DNA of 64,000 bases from Candidatus Multivoradales bacterium (GTDB lineage Bacteria; Acidobacteriota; Thermoanaerobaculia; Multivoradales; Multivoraceae). Made by a program: the position numbers and the translations under genes. The stretch is taken from positions 192,001 through 256,000 of the forward strand of contig CBDCWI010000001.1 in the NCBI GenBank assembly GCA_965223325.1, in the 5' to 3' direction. The notes beneath the pieces were generated by a model. It was given only the letters and a program-made list of their open reading frames with translations, was not told where the DNA came from and did no database searches. This document shows, one piece after another, positions 30,741-40,225 of this stretch; the stretch's first letter is position 1; each line of letters opens with the position of its first letter.

Positions 30741-30959
30741 CGCCTCTGATTTTCGACACCCTGAGTGATGTGCGCAGGTCTCCAGTCAGGAGGGCTGCTA
30801 AGGGCAAAGAGCGTTTCGATAACGAAGCACCTCTGCTCAACGCAGCGAGAGGAGGGTGTCAGAGACTACCGAACATGCCCCACGTGTCCGCTCATCGGCC
30901 ATCGTCGCTCGAGATCGATGGCTCCTCTCTTACAGGACAACCTTCCTCACGGTTCCCAC

Positions 30960-31346
30960 ATGACAGACGACAATCTCCCGCGCGGCGACGAGCGCGTTCT
31001 GCTGGTCGACGATGACGATCAGGTCCGTCGCGCTCTTGGCCTGCTTCTCAAGAACCTGGGCTACGACACTCTGCTCGCATCGGATGGTGAGGAGGCTCTC
31101 GGCATCGTTGCCAACGAGACTCTCGACCTGATGATCTCCGACGTTGTGATGCCCGGAATGGACGGCATCCAGCTCTCATCCAAGGTCCGCGAGGAGTACC
31201 CCCAGCTCCCGATTCTGTTGATCTCAGGCTACTCAGACGGAACCGTCACCAGCGTGCGCAACACCCGCTTCTTGCGTAAACCGTTCTCGATGAGCGACTT
31301 GGCGCGCGAAATCCGCGCTACCCTCACCGAGTTCCAGGCCAGCTGA
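30960..31346 (+). CDS. Single-domain response regulator receiver
   Basis: VLLVDDD, phospho-Asp in ISDVVMPGMDG, ISGY, FLRKPF. Confidence 0.92.
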   Translation: MTDDNLPRGDERVLLVDDDDQVRRALGLLLKNLGYDTLLASDGEEALGIVANETLDLMISDVVMPGMDGIQLSSKVREEYPQLPILLISGYSDGTVTSVRNTRFLRKPFSMSDLAREIRATLTEFQAS

Positions 31347-31364
31347 GTTCGCGACCACACGCCC

Positions 31365-34300
31365 TCAGGGGTCGACGATGCCGGTCAGGGTGGACTGAGG
31401 CTGCAGCGCCTTCGTGGACTGCCCACGCAGGCCGCGTAGGAAGGTGGAGATTGCCGCGTCGCGCAGATCTTCGAACAGAGTGTAGGAGAGCGGCACGACC
31501 AGAAGCGTGAGCAGACTGGCTGTGATCATGCCGCCAATCAAGGTCAGCGCAAAGCTGGTGTAGCCAAGGCCCATCCGCCCGCCGCCACCACCGAAAAGTA
31601 GCGGCACCATGCCACAAACTGTCGTCAGGGCGGTCATCATGATGGGTCGGAATCGACGCTCGGTGGCCAGGCACAGCGCACTGAGGCGATCGAGCCCTTC
31701 GCGCTCTCTGAGGCGGCGGACGTAGTCGAGCAACACGATTCCGTTGTTGACCACGACACCGATCAGAATGATCATCCCGACAAGGCCGAGGAAGTCGAGG
31801 TCGGTCCCCGTCAGCACGTGAATCCAGGTCACGCCGACGTTGGCGAGCGGAATCGTCACCAGAATCGCCATCGGGAGCAGGAAACTCTCGAACAGAAAGC
31901 CCATCAACAAGTAGACGAAGACGATCGATAGCACAACGGCAAACATGAGGTTGCCCAGCTCCTCGCCAGCCGAGAAGCGCGGGCGATCTCCAAAGCTGAT
32001 CCCTTCCGGCAAGTCGATGGAGGCTGCCACCTTCTCGATGCGCTCACGGGTCTCGTCCTCCTTGCCCTCCTCCAGTTCGAGAACGATCTTCTTGGCCGTG
32101 CGTTTGTTCTGCCGGTAGATGCGCGTCGCGGTGGGGAGCTTCTCTACGTCGACGAGGGTGCCGAGTGCCACCGCCCCACCGTCATGCGTGGGAACTGAGA
32201 AGTCACCGAGCTCTCCTAAGCCCTGGCGGTCCTCTTCCTCGAAACGAACCCGTACCGGAATCTCGCGGCCGGCCTGGTAGATGCGCGGCAAGGGCTGACC
32301 GCGAAGGGCGTAACTCACCACTCCCGCGACCGTCTGCGGATCGACTCCTTGTCGCTGTGCGCGCTGACGATCGAGAACCAGCGCCAACTCATTGGGGTCA
32401 TCTTCACCGGCACCCTTGCGGCCGATAACACCTGGTAGTCGCACGAAGGTCGTCTCGAGCTCGCGCGCTAGCCGATCCAGGGTCTCGGCTTCCTCGCCGT
32501 AGAGGGTCAGGGTATGACTCGCCTTCTGGTCCTCGTCGCCACCCTGCCGCTGCTGGCCGGTCTCGAACTCGATCCCCGGCATCTCAGGCAGAATCTCGAG
32601 GATCTTGTCGACCATCTGGCGGGGCGGGCGACTGTCGCCGGCTCGCAGCGCGCCCTGAATCTCACCCCAGCTTCTCTGTTGCACGAGGATGAAGAACTCG
32701 AGATCGAGTTCTTGCTCGTTGAGTTCGAGAATCTCCTTCTCGGCAGCGAGAAACCAGGCCTGGCCTTCTTCGAAGGTGATGTTGTCGGGTAGATCGACGT
32801 CGATCTCGAAGAAGGCCTGTTCGTCTTCTGACATCGCCACGACGTCGAGCCGCTCCTTGGCCGCCCACTGGGTGAGCGCCAGGACAGCGGCGATCAAGAC
32901 GATTGACTCGAGACGATGCTGTAGGCACCAGGTGAGGGCGCGACCGTAGAAGGAGTTGAGAAGGCCGAAGGTCTTCTCGTACAGGCGTCGAAGCGTTCTT
33001 ACAAAGCCGCGCTTGAGGCGCACGCTGGCGCGCGTTGGATCGTCCTTGTGGTCGCGTGTTGGCAGCGTCAGGTAGACCGCCAGCGGAATCACCAGCAGTG
33101 CGACGAGGAGCGATGCAGCCAACGACACCGAGATCGGGATAGCAAGTCGCAAGAGAAAGAACTGCCCTTGACCCTCGACCAGAGCGACCGGCAGAAACAC
33201 CACGATCGTCGTCAGCGTCGCGGTGGTGATGGCCATCGAAATCTCACCGGCGCCACGAATGCAGGCCACGCGCCGTGAAACTTCTCCACCACGATGAATG
33301 CGATGGATGTTCTCCGCCACGACCACCGCGTTGTCGACCAGGAGACCCACCGAAATCATCAAACCCAGAAGCGACAACACGTTGAGGGTCTCACCGGCGA
33401 AATACATCACCACCAAGGCGACCACCATCGATAGCGGAATCGACAGCGCAATGATCATGCTCAAGCGGAAGCGCCGCAGGAAGAAGAACAAGACGATCAT
33501 CGCGAGGATGGCACCGACCCGACCGCTCGACAACAGGGTCGCCAGGCTGGTGCGAATGATCTCGCCCTGGTTCATGATCAGGTCGATTTGCATCGACTTG
33601 AGCCGGTTCTCCTGGCGCAGTCGGTCGCGCAGTGCCTTGACCCGGTCTGCGACCTCGAGGGTGTTGGCGTCACCCTCCTTCATGATCATCATGGCGTACG
33701 CCGGGCGACCGTTCACCCGCACCATGTAGTCCTTCTCGGGTTCGTCGTAGGTAACCCTTGCAACATCCGAGAGCCGGACGTTGGGAGCCACCCGAATGGC
33801 GCCGACCGACTCGGGGGTGCGGTAGCGGGCCACCGAGCGGAGAAGCAACTTGCGGTCACCGGACCTGATGTTGCCGCTCGCCAGCGAAAAGTTGTCGCGC
33901 GCCAGGTCCTGGGCGATCTGGTAGATGTTCAGGCCCGTTGCCTCGAGCCGTTCCCGGTCGAGCTCGATGAGGATTTCCTTCTGCTCGAGACCTTGGACCT
34001 CGACCAGCGCCACACCCTCTAAACGCTCGAGTGGTCGCTTGATCTCGTCTTCGATCAGGTTGTAGACGTCCGCCGTTCCCTCCTCGATCGCCAGGCCCAT
34101 CATGGCAACCGGAAACCCGCTGGCATCGTGCTTCTGGATGAAGACCTGCTCGACATCATCCGGCATCCGAGAACGGGCGCGCTCGATCCGGTCACGCACC
34201 TCGCGATAGGCCACGTCCATATCGGTCCCGAGCTTGAACGTCATGAACAGAGACGCGCGCCCGTTCCCCGCCCAGGTGTAGACGTTGTCGAGCCCCCGCA

Positions 34301-34595
34301 CCGTCGAGACCTCTTCCTCGAGCGGCAGGGCGACCTTGTCGAGGACCTCCTGCGGCGGCGCGTCGGGCCATGGCACCGCAAGGCCGAGGAAGGGCTGAGA
34401 GAACCCGGTGGGAATGAGCTCGATGGGAATGCGCATCAAGGCGACGACCCCCAGCACCGCCAGGGTGAGGACCAGAACCAGAACGGTCACCCGTCGGTTG
34501 ATCGAGAACGCCGGCAGCGCCGTCTCCAACGGATGCTGGCCTTCGCTGGCTTCCGGGCGCAAGGTGGGTTCCGGGGTGGGCACCTGAGCGGTCAT
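31365..34595 (-). CDS. RND efflux permease (AcrB/AcrD/AcrF family), subunit 2
   Basis: LLVDNAVVVAENI, VVNNGIVLLD, RFRPIMMT; two-fold TM/periplasmic repeat. Confidence 0.93.
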   Translation of the reverse strand: MTAQVPTPEPTLRPEASEGQHPLETALPAFSINRRVTVLVLVLTLAVLGVVALMRIPIELIPTGFSQPFLGLAVPWPDAPPQEVLDKVALPLEEEVSTVRGLDNVYTWAGNGRASLFMTFKLGTDMDVAYREVRDRIERARSRMPDDVEQVFIQKHDASGFPVAMMGLAIEEGTADVYNLIEDEIKRPLERLEGVALVEVQGLEQKEILIELDRERLEATGLNIYQIAQDLARDNFSLASGNIRSGDRKLLLRSVARYRTPESVGAIRVAPNVRLSDVARVTYDEPEKDYMVRVNGRPAYAMMIMKEGDANTLEVADRVKALRDRLRQENRLKSMQIDLIMNQGEIIRTSLATLLSSGRVGAILAMIVLFFFLRRFRLSMIIALSIPLSMVVALVVMYFAGETLNVLSLLGLMISVGLLVDNAVVVAENIHRIHRGGEVSRRVACIRGAGEISMAITTATLTTIVVFLPVALVEGQGQFFLLRLAIPISVSLAASLLVALLVIPLAVYLTLPTRDHKDDPTRASVRLKRGFVRTLRRLYEKTFGLLNSFYGRALTWCLQHRLESIVLIAAVLALTQWAAKERLDVVAMSEDEQAFFEIDVDLPDNITFEEGQAWFLAAEKEILELNEQELDLEFFILVQQRSWGEIQGALRAGDSRPPRQMVDKILEILPEMPGIEFETGQQRQGGDEDQKASHTLTLYGEEAETLDRLARELETTFVRLPGVIGRKGAGEDDPNELALVLDRQRAQRQGVDPQTVAGVVSYALRGQPLPRIYQAGREIPVRVRFEEEDRQGLGELGDFSVPTHDGGAVALGTLVDVEKLPTATRIYRQNKRTAKKIVLELEEGKEDETRERIEKVAASIDLPEGISFGDRPRFSAGEELGNLMFAVVLSIVFVYLLMGFLFESFLLPMAILVTIPLANVGVTWIHVLTGTDLDFLGLVGMIILIGVVVNNGIVLLDYVRRLREREGLDRLSALCLATERRFRPIMMTALTTVCGMVPLLFGGGGGRMGLGYTSFALTLIGGMITASLLTLLVVPLSYTLFEDLRDAAISTFLRGLRGQSTKALQPQSTLTGIVDP

Positions 34596-37500
34596 GACGG
34601 TGCTCCCATCGAACCTTCGAGAACCGGAGTATCGCGCTCGCCGTCCCGCAGGTTGTCTCCCGGCATCGCGAGAACTTCGCGACCGAGAATCCGGCCCGCG
34701 GTGCGGTCGATGAGCAGGTAGATCACCGGTACCACCAGGAGTGTCAGAAACGTCGAAGACACCAGGCCTCCAATCACGGCAAGCGCCATCGGCGTTCGGA
34801 TCTCGGCGCCTTCACCAATTCCGAGCGCCATCGGAACGAGACCCAGGGCGGTCGTCGCCGTGGTCATCAGAATCGGACGCAGCCGAATCGTGCCAGCGGT
34901 CACGATCGCCTGTTCACGCCCCTGACCTCGTCGCCGCAGGGTGTTGATGTAGTCGACCATCACGATCGCGTTGTTCACCACGATGCCCGCCAGCATGATC
35001 ATGCCCAGAAAGACGACGATCGAGAGGTTCACATCGAGCAGCCACAGCGTCAGGAACGTACCGAAGAACGCCAGCGGAATCGTGAACATGATCACCAGCG
35101 GCTGGACGAGCGACTCGAACTGCGCCGCCATGATGACGTAGACGAGAAACACCGAAAGCAGGAGCGCCAGCCAAAGGCTGCCGCTCGAGCGCTCCCACTC
35201 CTGGCTCTGGCCGCCGACTGTGTAGGTCATGCCGCGCGCCCACTCGCGCTCGCTGAGCAGCCTCTCGATCGCAGCCACCGCACCGCCGAGCGACGCGTCA
35301 CCGAGGTTGGCACGAATCAGACCGACCCGCCGACCGTCCGAACGCCTGATCTCCGACGCGCCTTCGCCCTGACGGATCTCGGCAACCGCCGAGAGCGGAA
35401 TGGGGCGCTCCGCCCCGGGATTGATGACCAGCCCCGAAAGGTCTTCGGTCGAGCGCCGGTCGGCCTCTTCGAGGCGCACGACGATCGGAATACGACGGTC
35501 CTTCAGGTTGTAGAGCGTCGCCTCGTAGCCTTTGATCTGGTTGCGCACTTGTTCGGCAATCTGCGAGATGCCCATTTCGTAGCGCGACAGTCGCTCGCGA
35601 TCGTAGATGATCTGCACCTCGGGAGCACCGGCTCGCAGGGTGGTCTCGACATCGGCGAGCTCATCGAGCGCTGCCAGCTCCTCTTGCACGTCCTGGGTCA
35701 CTCGACGCAGCTGGGAGAGGTCTTCGCCCTCGACCTCGACTTCGATCGGAGTCTTGAAGCTGAACAACACCGGTCGCGCCACGCGCGAGGTCAGGTCCGG
35801 AACCCCGAGCAGCTCCCGCCGGATGCGCGCGACAACAGAGTCCTCGGTCTCGGGACCGCCCTCGGTGAGAACCTTGAAGCGGGCGGTGTGCTCACCCTCG
35901 TCCGAGCTCTGCGAAGTCTCGGGGTCGAAGCCATAGGTCACCAAGAGCGAGCCGACGCCATCAGGGTTCGCCAGCAGGCTCTGTTCGATGCCGGCCAGGG
36001 TGCGTTCGGTCTCGGCAACCGGAGTGCCGACGGGTAGCGCCACCTCGAAGGTGAATTCACCCTGGCGCACCTCGGGAAGGAGCTCCGTTTCGAGATCGGT
36101 GAGCAAGTACCAGGAGGCAGCTAGAACACCGACCAGCAGCGCCACGATGATGCCGGGATGACGAAGTCCGAAACGCAGGGTGCTCGGGTAGACCGACGAG
36201 GTACGCGAGCCGAGCCCCGAGAGACCAAGTACCCCGGCCAGGCTTCCAACGAACGCCGCCAGGCGGTCTCGTACGAAGAGGGTCAGCCCCCAGAGTCCGG
36301 CAAAGACTCGCGAGAGCCCAAACAGAACGCCCAGGAGGAACTTGCCCACCAGCTCGAGAACCGTCCCCAGCACGAAACGTACGGCGAGGAACAAGAAGGC
36401 CGGCCCCAGCAGCAAGCGGCGCACGAAGCCGCCTCGTGCGGCCCAGGCCAGAAGAGCAACCCGGTCTCGTTTCAAGATCCTGAAGGCCTCGATGCGGCGC
36501 CAATCGCGCTTGCCACCCTCTTCGACCTGGGCAGGCTTCTCACGACTGGCCAGCATCGGAATGAAGAACAGGGCCACCGCCATCGACGCGAGCAACGAGA
36601 ACACGACCGCAAGACCGAGGTCTCCGAAGGCCTGTCCCGCGATTCCCTCGACGAACACCATCGGAAAGAACACCGCGATCGAGGTCAGGATGGAGGCAAT
36701 CACCGCGGAACGAACCTCGTAGGTGCCCCGTACTGCCGCCCGATAGACACTGTCGCCATCCTGCCGACATCGATGGATCGACTCGAGCACGACGATCGAG
36801 GAGTCCACCAACATGCCGATGCCGAGCGCTAGCCCACCAAGCGACATGATGTTGAGCGACACGCCGAGAGCATGGAGAGGAGCGAAGGTGATCAGGAGCG
36901 AGATCGGGATCGAAACGGCGACGATCAGGGTCGTCACCGCGTTGCGCAGGAACAGGTACAGCACGATCACCGCCAGAACGCCGCCGAGAATCGCGGTGTT
37001 GCGCACATCGGCGATGCTGGCCTCGATGAACTCGGAGCGATCGGCGACCACCTGGAGCTCAACGCCCTCGGCGCGGTAGAGATTCGTTGCCAAGCCGTCA
37101 GGCTTCTTGTTGCGACCCGGCGGACCGAAGCGAAAGCCGCGCTGGGGCTCTTCTAAGGCCTCGCCTCGGCTGCGCGCCGCTTCCTTCTCGAGGTCGAGCT
37201 CGCCCACCGTCCGGACGATCCGATCGGCCAGCGCGACCATGTTCGCGTCGGCCTCTTTGAACACGTCGAGCTGGACGCTTTCACGGCCACCGGAGCGGGT
37301 GATGATCTCGCGATCGCGGTTCGACATCTCGACCCGACCGAGGTCCTGAACTCGCACCTCGCGACCGTCGACGCGGGTTACGATGGTCTGTCGAATCTGC
37401 TCGAGGTCAGCGTACTCGTTGACCGTGCGCACCATGAACTCGGTGCGTCCCTCCTCGAGGGTTCCTCCCGCGAGATTGATGTTCTCCTGTGCCAGCCGGT

Positions 37501-38203
37501 CGATGACTGCGGTCGCCGGGAGCCCCGTGCGACGCATACGCTCGGCGTCGAGCAGCACGTGGATCTCTTCTTCGAGGCCACCGCGTACGCGCACAGCCGC
37601 AACGCCCTTGATCGGCTCGAGGGCTCGCTTCACCTGCAGCTCCGCGATCCGGCGCAGGCGACGCAGACCGTCTGGACCTTCAAACCGATCGCCGTGACCC
37701 GACAGGCTGAGCTCCATGACCGGGTCGAGACTGGGATCGAAGCGCAGAATCAGCGGTCGCTCCGCCTCCTGAGGCAGCAGCACCAGATCGAGCTTCTCGA
37801 GGGTGTCCTGGACCGCGTCGGCCATCGACGTATCCCACGAGAACTCGAGCACGACATCGCTGACACCGGCACGGCTGATGCTGCTCATGCGCCGCAGTCC
37901 CCCAACGATGCCCAGGGTCTCCTCGAGGCGCCGCGAGATGTCGTTCTCGACCTCCTCGGGTGCGGCGCCGGGATACTGCGTGCGCACGGTGAGCGTCGGG
38001 TAGCTGAGCTCAGGCATCAGCGTCACCGGCAGGCGCTGATAGGAGAGCGCGCCAAACACCACGGCGGCCAGGAAGACCATCAAGACGCCAACCGGGCGGC
38101 GAGTCACGAAACTGTCGGAAGGAGCCCTCAGAGCACCGGGTAGAGCGAGGTCCGCGACGCGGGCCTCACTCGCACTCCCCCCGCCCTTCGAATGACTTTG
38201 CAT
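34592..38203 (-). CDS. RND efflux permease (AcrB/AcrD/AcrF family), subunit 1
   Basis: YPGAAPEEVE, GMLVDSSIVVLE, VVNNAIVMVD, RLRPILMT. Start approximate. Confidence 0.93.
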   Translation of the reverse strand: MQSHSKGGGSASEARVADLALPGALRAPSDSFVTRRPVGVLMVFLAAVVFGALSYQRLPVTLMPELSYPTLTVRTQYPGAAPEEVENDISRRLEETLGIVGGLRRMSSISRAGVSDVVLEFSWDTSMADAVQDTLEKLDLVLLPQEAERPLILRFDPSLDPVMELSLSGHGDRFEGPDGLRRLRRIAELQVKRALEPIKGVAAVRVRGGLEEEIHVLLDAERMRRTGLPATAVIDRLAQENINLAGGTLEEGRTEFMVRTVNEYADLEQIRQTIVTRVDGREVRVQDLGRVEMSNRDREIITRSGGRESVQLDVFKEADANMVALADRIVRTVGELDLEKEAARSRGEALEEPQRGFRFGPPGRNKKPDGLATNLYRAEGVELQVVADRSEFIEASIADVRNTAILGGVLAVIVLYLFLRNAVTTLIVAVSIPISLLITFAPLHALGVSLNIMSLGGLALGIGMLVDSSIVVLESIHRCRQDGDSVYRAAVRGTYEVRSAVIASILTSIAVFFPMVFVEGIAGQAFGDLGLAVVFSLLASMAVALFFIPMLASREKPAQVEEGGKRDWRRIEAFRILKRDRVALLAWAARGGFVRRLLLGPAFLFLAVRFVLGTVLELVGKFLLGVLFGLSRVFAGLWGLTLFVRDRLAAFVGSLAGVLGLSGLGSRTSSVYPSTLRFGLRHPGIIVALLVGVLAASWYLLTDLETELLPEVRQGEFTFEVALPVGTPVAETERTLAGIEQSLLANPDGVGSLLVTYGFDPETSQSSDEGEHTARFKVLTEGGPETEDSVVARIRRELLGVPDLTSRVARPVLFSFKTPIEVEVEGEDLSQLRRVTQDVQEELAALDELADVETTLRAGAPEVQIIYDRERLSRYEMGISQIAEQVRNQIKGYEATLYNLKDRRIPIVVRLEEADRRSTEDLSGLVINPGAERPIPLSAVAEIRQGEGASEIRRSDGRRVGLIRANLGDASLGGAVAAIERLLSEREWARGMTYTVGGQSQEWERSSGSLWLALLLSVFLVYVIMAAQFESLVQPLVIMFTIPLAFFGTFLTLWLLDVNLSIVVFLGMIMLAGIVVNNAIVMVDYINTLRRRGQGREQAIVTAGTIRLRPILMTTATTALGLVPMALGIGEGAEIRTPMALAVIGGLVSSTFLTLLVVPVIYLLIDRTAGRILGREVLAMPGDNLRDGERDTPVLEGSMGAPS

Positions 38204-38225
38204 CGACTGAGAGAACCCTGGGTGC

Positions 38226-39356
38226 TTACTGGCCGGCGAAGGCGTCGATCGCATCGTCGAGGTCGAGAAGCCGTACTTCGGCACCCTCTTTGAGACCCGC
38301 CTGACCGGCGATGACGACCAGATCGCCTTCCGCGAGTACCTCGTCGGAGACCGAGATCAGGTCGGCATTCTCGAGCACCGCCTCGATCATCCGACGTTCG
38401 ACCCGTTTGTCGTCGTCGACCTGGTAGACGAAGGTCTGATCCTGATCCCACACCAACGCGCGCTTGGGCACCAGGAGTGCGTCGGAAACCGTGTCCGCCA
38501 CCAGGTCGACCTCGACGTACATCCCCGGCACCAGGCCCTTTTGAGGGGGTACGCGCAGGGTCACCTTGACCGTGCCACTACGGGGATCGACGACTGGCGC
38601 TATGCGATCGATCACTGCTTCGCGCGCCGCCCCGCCCGCTTGAGTCGAGATGCGTGCCTCTTGCCCGGGCGCCAGCCGGGCCACTTCCTTCTCGGGCACG
38701 AAGATCTTGGCGACGATGGTGTTGAAGTCGACGATGTCGAACAGGTGCGCGCCCATCTGCACGTGGTCACCGACATCGACGAGACGCTGGGTGACGATTC
38801 CCGAGATCGGGGCCGTCACCTCGGTGTAGCTCAGGTCTCGTTCAGCGTCGGCGAGCGCGATCTCGAGTTGCTCGAGCTCGTAGGTGGCATCGGAAAAGGC
38901 CTTCTCCGAGATCAACTCCTGCTCGTACAGCCGTTTTTGCCGGTCGTACTCGCGACGGGCGCGCTCGAGCTGACTCGTCACCTTGGCGACCGAGCTCCTC
39001 TGCTCGTCGCTCTCGAGACGCACCAGGAGCTGGCCGCGACGCACGCGCGAGCCTTCTTCGACCCGCAGTTCAGTCACCTTGCGCGACGCCTCGGCGTAGA
39101 CCTCGACCGCCGACTCGGCTTCGAGGTTCGACGAAAAGTGCAGCACACTCTCGATGGATCCCCGAGACAGCGGAATCGCAGCGACCGCGATGCGCTCATC
39201 GATCTGTGGAGCGGCATCGGCGCCTGGGATTTCGGCGGCGTCGCTCTTGTCTGCCGTGCAGCCAATGGACGCCGGCAAGACGACGCCCGTGACAAGGAGC
39301 AGCAGCCAGAGGGCCAGGCCTCCGCTGATCGTCGGTCGGTCGAGTTGTTCTTTCAT
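38226..39356 (-). CDS. RND periplasmic adaptor (membrane fusion protein)
   Basis: Lipobox SIGC, VEEGSRVRRGQLL, coiled coil, APISGIV, PGMYVEV. Confidence 0.93.
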   Translation of the reverse strand: MKEQLDRPTISGGLALWLLLLVTGVVLPASIGCTADKSDAAEIPGADAAPQIDERIAVAAIPLSRGSIESVLHFSSNLEAESAVEVYAEASRKVTELRVEEGSRVRRGQLLVRLESDEQRSSVAKVTSQLERARREYDRQKRLYEQELISEKAFSDATYELEQLEIALADAERDLSYTEVTAPISGIVTQRLVDVGDHVQMGAHLFDIVDFNTIVAKIFVPEKEVARLAPGQEARISTQAGGAAREAVIDRIAPVVDPRSGTVKVTLRVPPQKGLVPGMYVEVDLVADTVSDALLVPKRALVWDQDQTFVYQVDDDKRVERRMIEAVLENADLISVSDEVLAEGDLVVIAGQAGLKEGAEVRLLDLDDAIDAFAGQ

Positions 39357-39698
39357 GGCGGGAGTTCTACTGATGTGTGTGGTGCTGGGGGATCTGCCGG
39401 TCGCGAGATGAAGAGGGCGAGGGTCCTAGGGACCCGCTGGGCTCGAGCACCCCGTGCCGATGACCGAGGGACCTGTCCGGGCGTACACCAGCCGTGACCC
39501 GAGCACGAAAGCTCGAAGCATGGTGGTCTCACCGCCGATCGGGGTCGCTGTTTGCCAAGCGCCGTTCGAGGAGCCTCTCATGACTAGACTACGTCCCAGA
39601 AGCCTTGGATGTTTCCCGTCGTGCCCAAGATCATGACAGTCTTTTTGCCCCATCGCCGGCCCAGGGCACAGGTCGGCTACCCGAACGCCGGGCCCCGG

Positions 39699-40160
39699 TC
39701 AGGCATCGCCAGCGCTGTGGTCGATGGCGTGACGGGTGATGGCGGCAATCCCCTCGAGAGTGAAGGGCTTGCGGACGAAGAAGGTGTGTTCCGTAGTCTC
39801 GACGACTCCGTCGGTGTAGCCCGACATGAAGACCACCGGTAAATCGGGACGGACCTCACGCAAGCGGCGCACGATGTCGACTCCGTTGTCGCTCCCCATC
39901 ATCACGTCAGAGATGGCCAGGGTGACACGGTCGCCCGCCTGCACCGAGTACCGGAGTGCCTGATCGAGGTCGGCGGCCTCGAGCACGACGTAGCCGAGAT
40001 TCGAGAGAAACGCGGTCAGAACGTCGCGCACGCCCTGGTCGTCGTCGATGACGAGAACCGTCTCGTTACCGCGCGGCAAGACCTCGTCGACAGCCAGGGA
40101 CCCAGAAGCGGTCTCTTCAGAAGCACCCACGCTGAACTGTGTTGCTGGCTTCTGATCCAT
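39699..40160 (-). CDS. Single-domain response regulator receiver
   Basis: VLVIDDD, ISDVMM, FMSGY, VRKPF. Confidence 0.9.
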   Translation of the reverse strand: MDQKPATQFSVGASEETASGSLAVDEVLPRGNETVLVIDDDQGVRDVLTAFLSNLGYVVLEAADLDQALRYSVQAGDRVTLAISDVMMGSDNGVDIVRRLREVRPDLPVVFMSGYTDGVVETTEHTFFVRKPFTLEGIAAITRHAIDHSAGDA

Positions 40161-40178
40161 GGGATGTCTCCCCTCGTC

Positions 40179-40214
40179 GCGTCACCACACCGGCGGGTCG
40201 CCGGGAGGTGACGC
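40179..40214. terminator. Strong intergenic hairpin
   Basis: gcgtcacc/ggtgacgc outer stem with ccggcg/cgccgg inner stem; no U tract. Confidence 0.35.
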
Positions 40215-40225
40215 CAGGCGAATCG

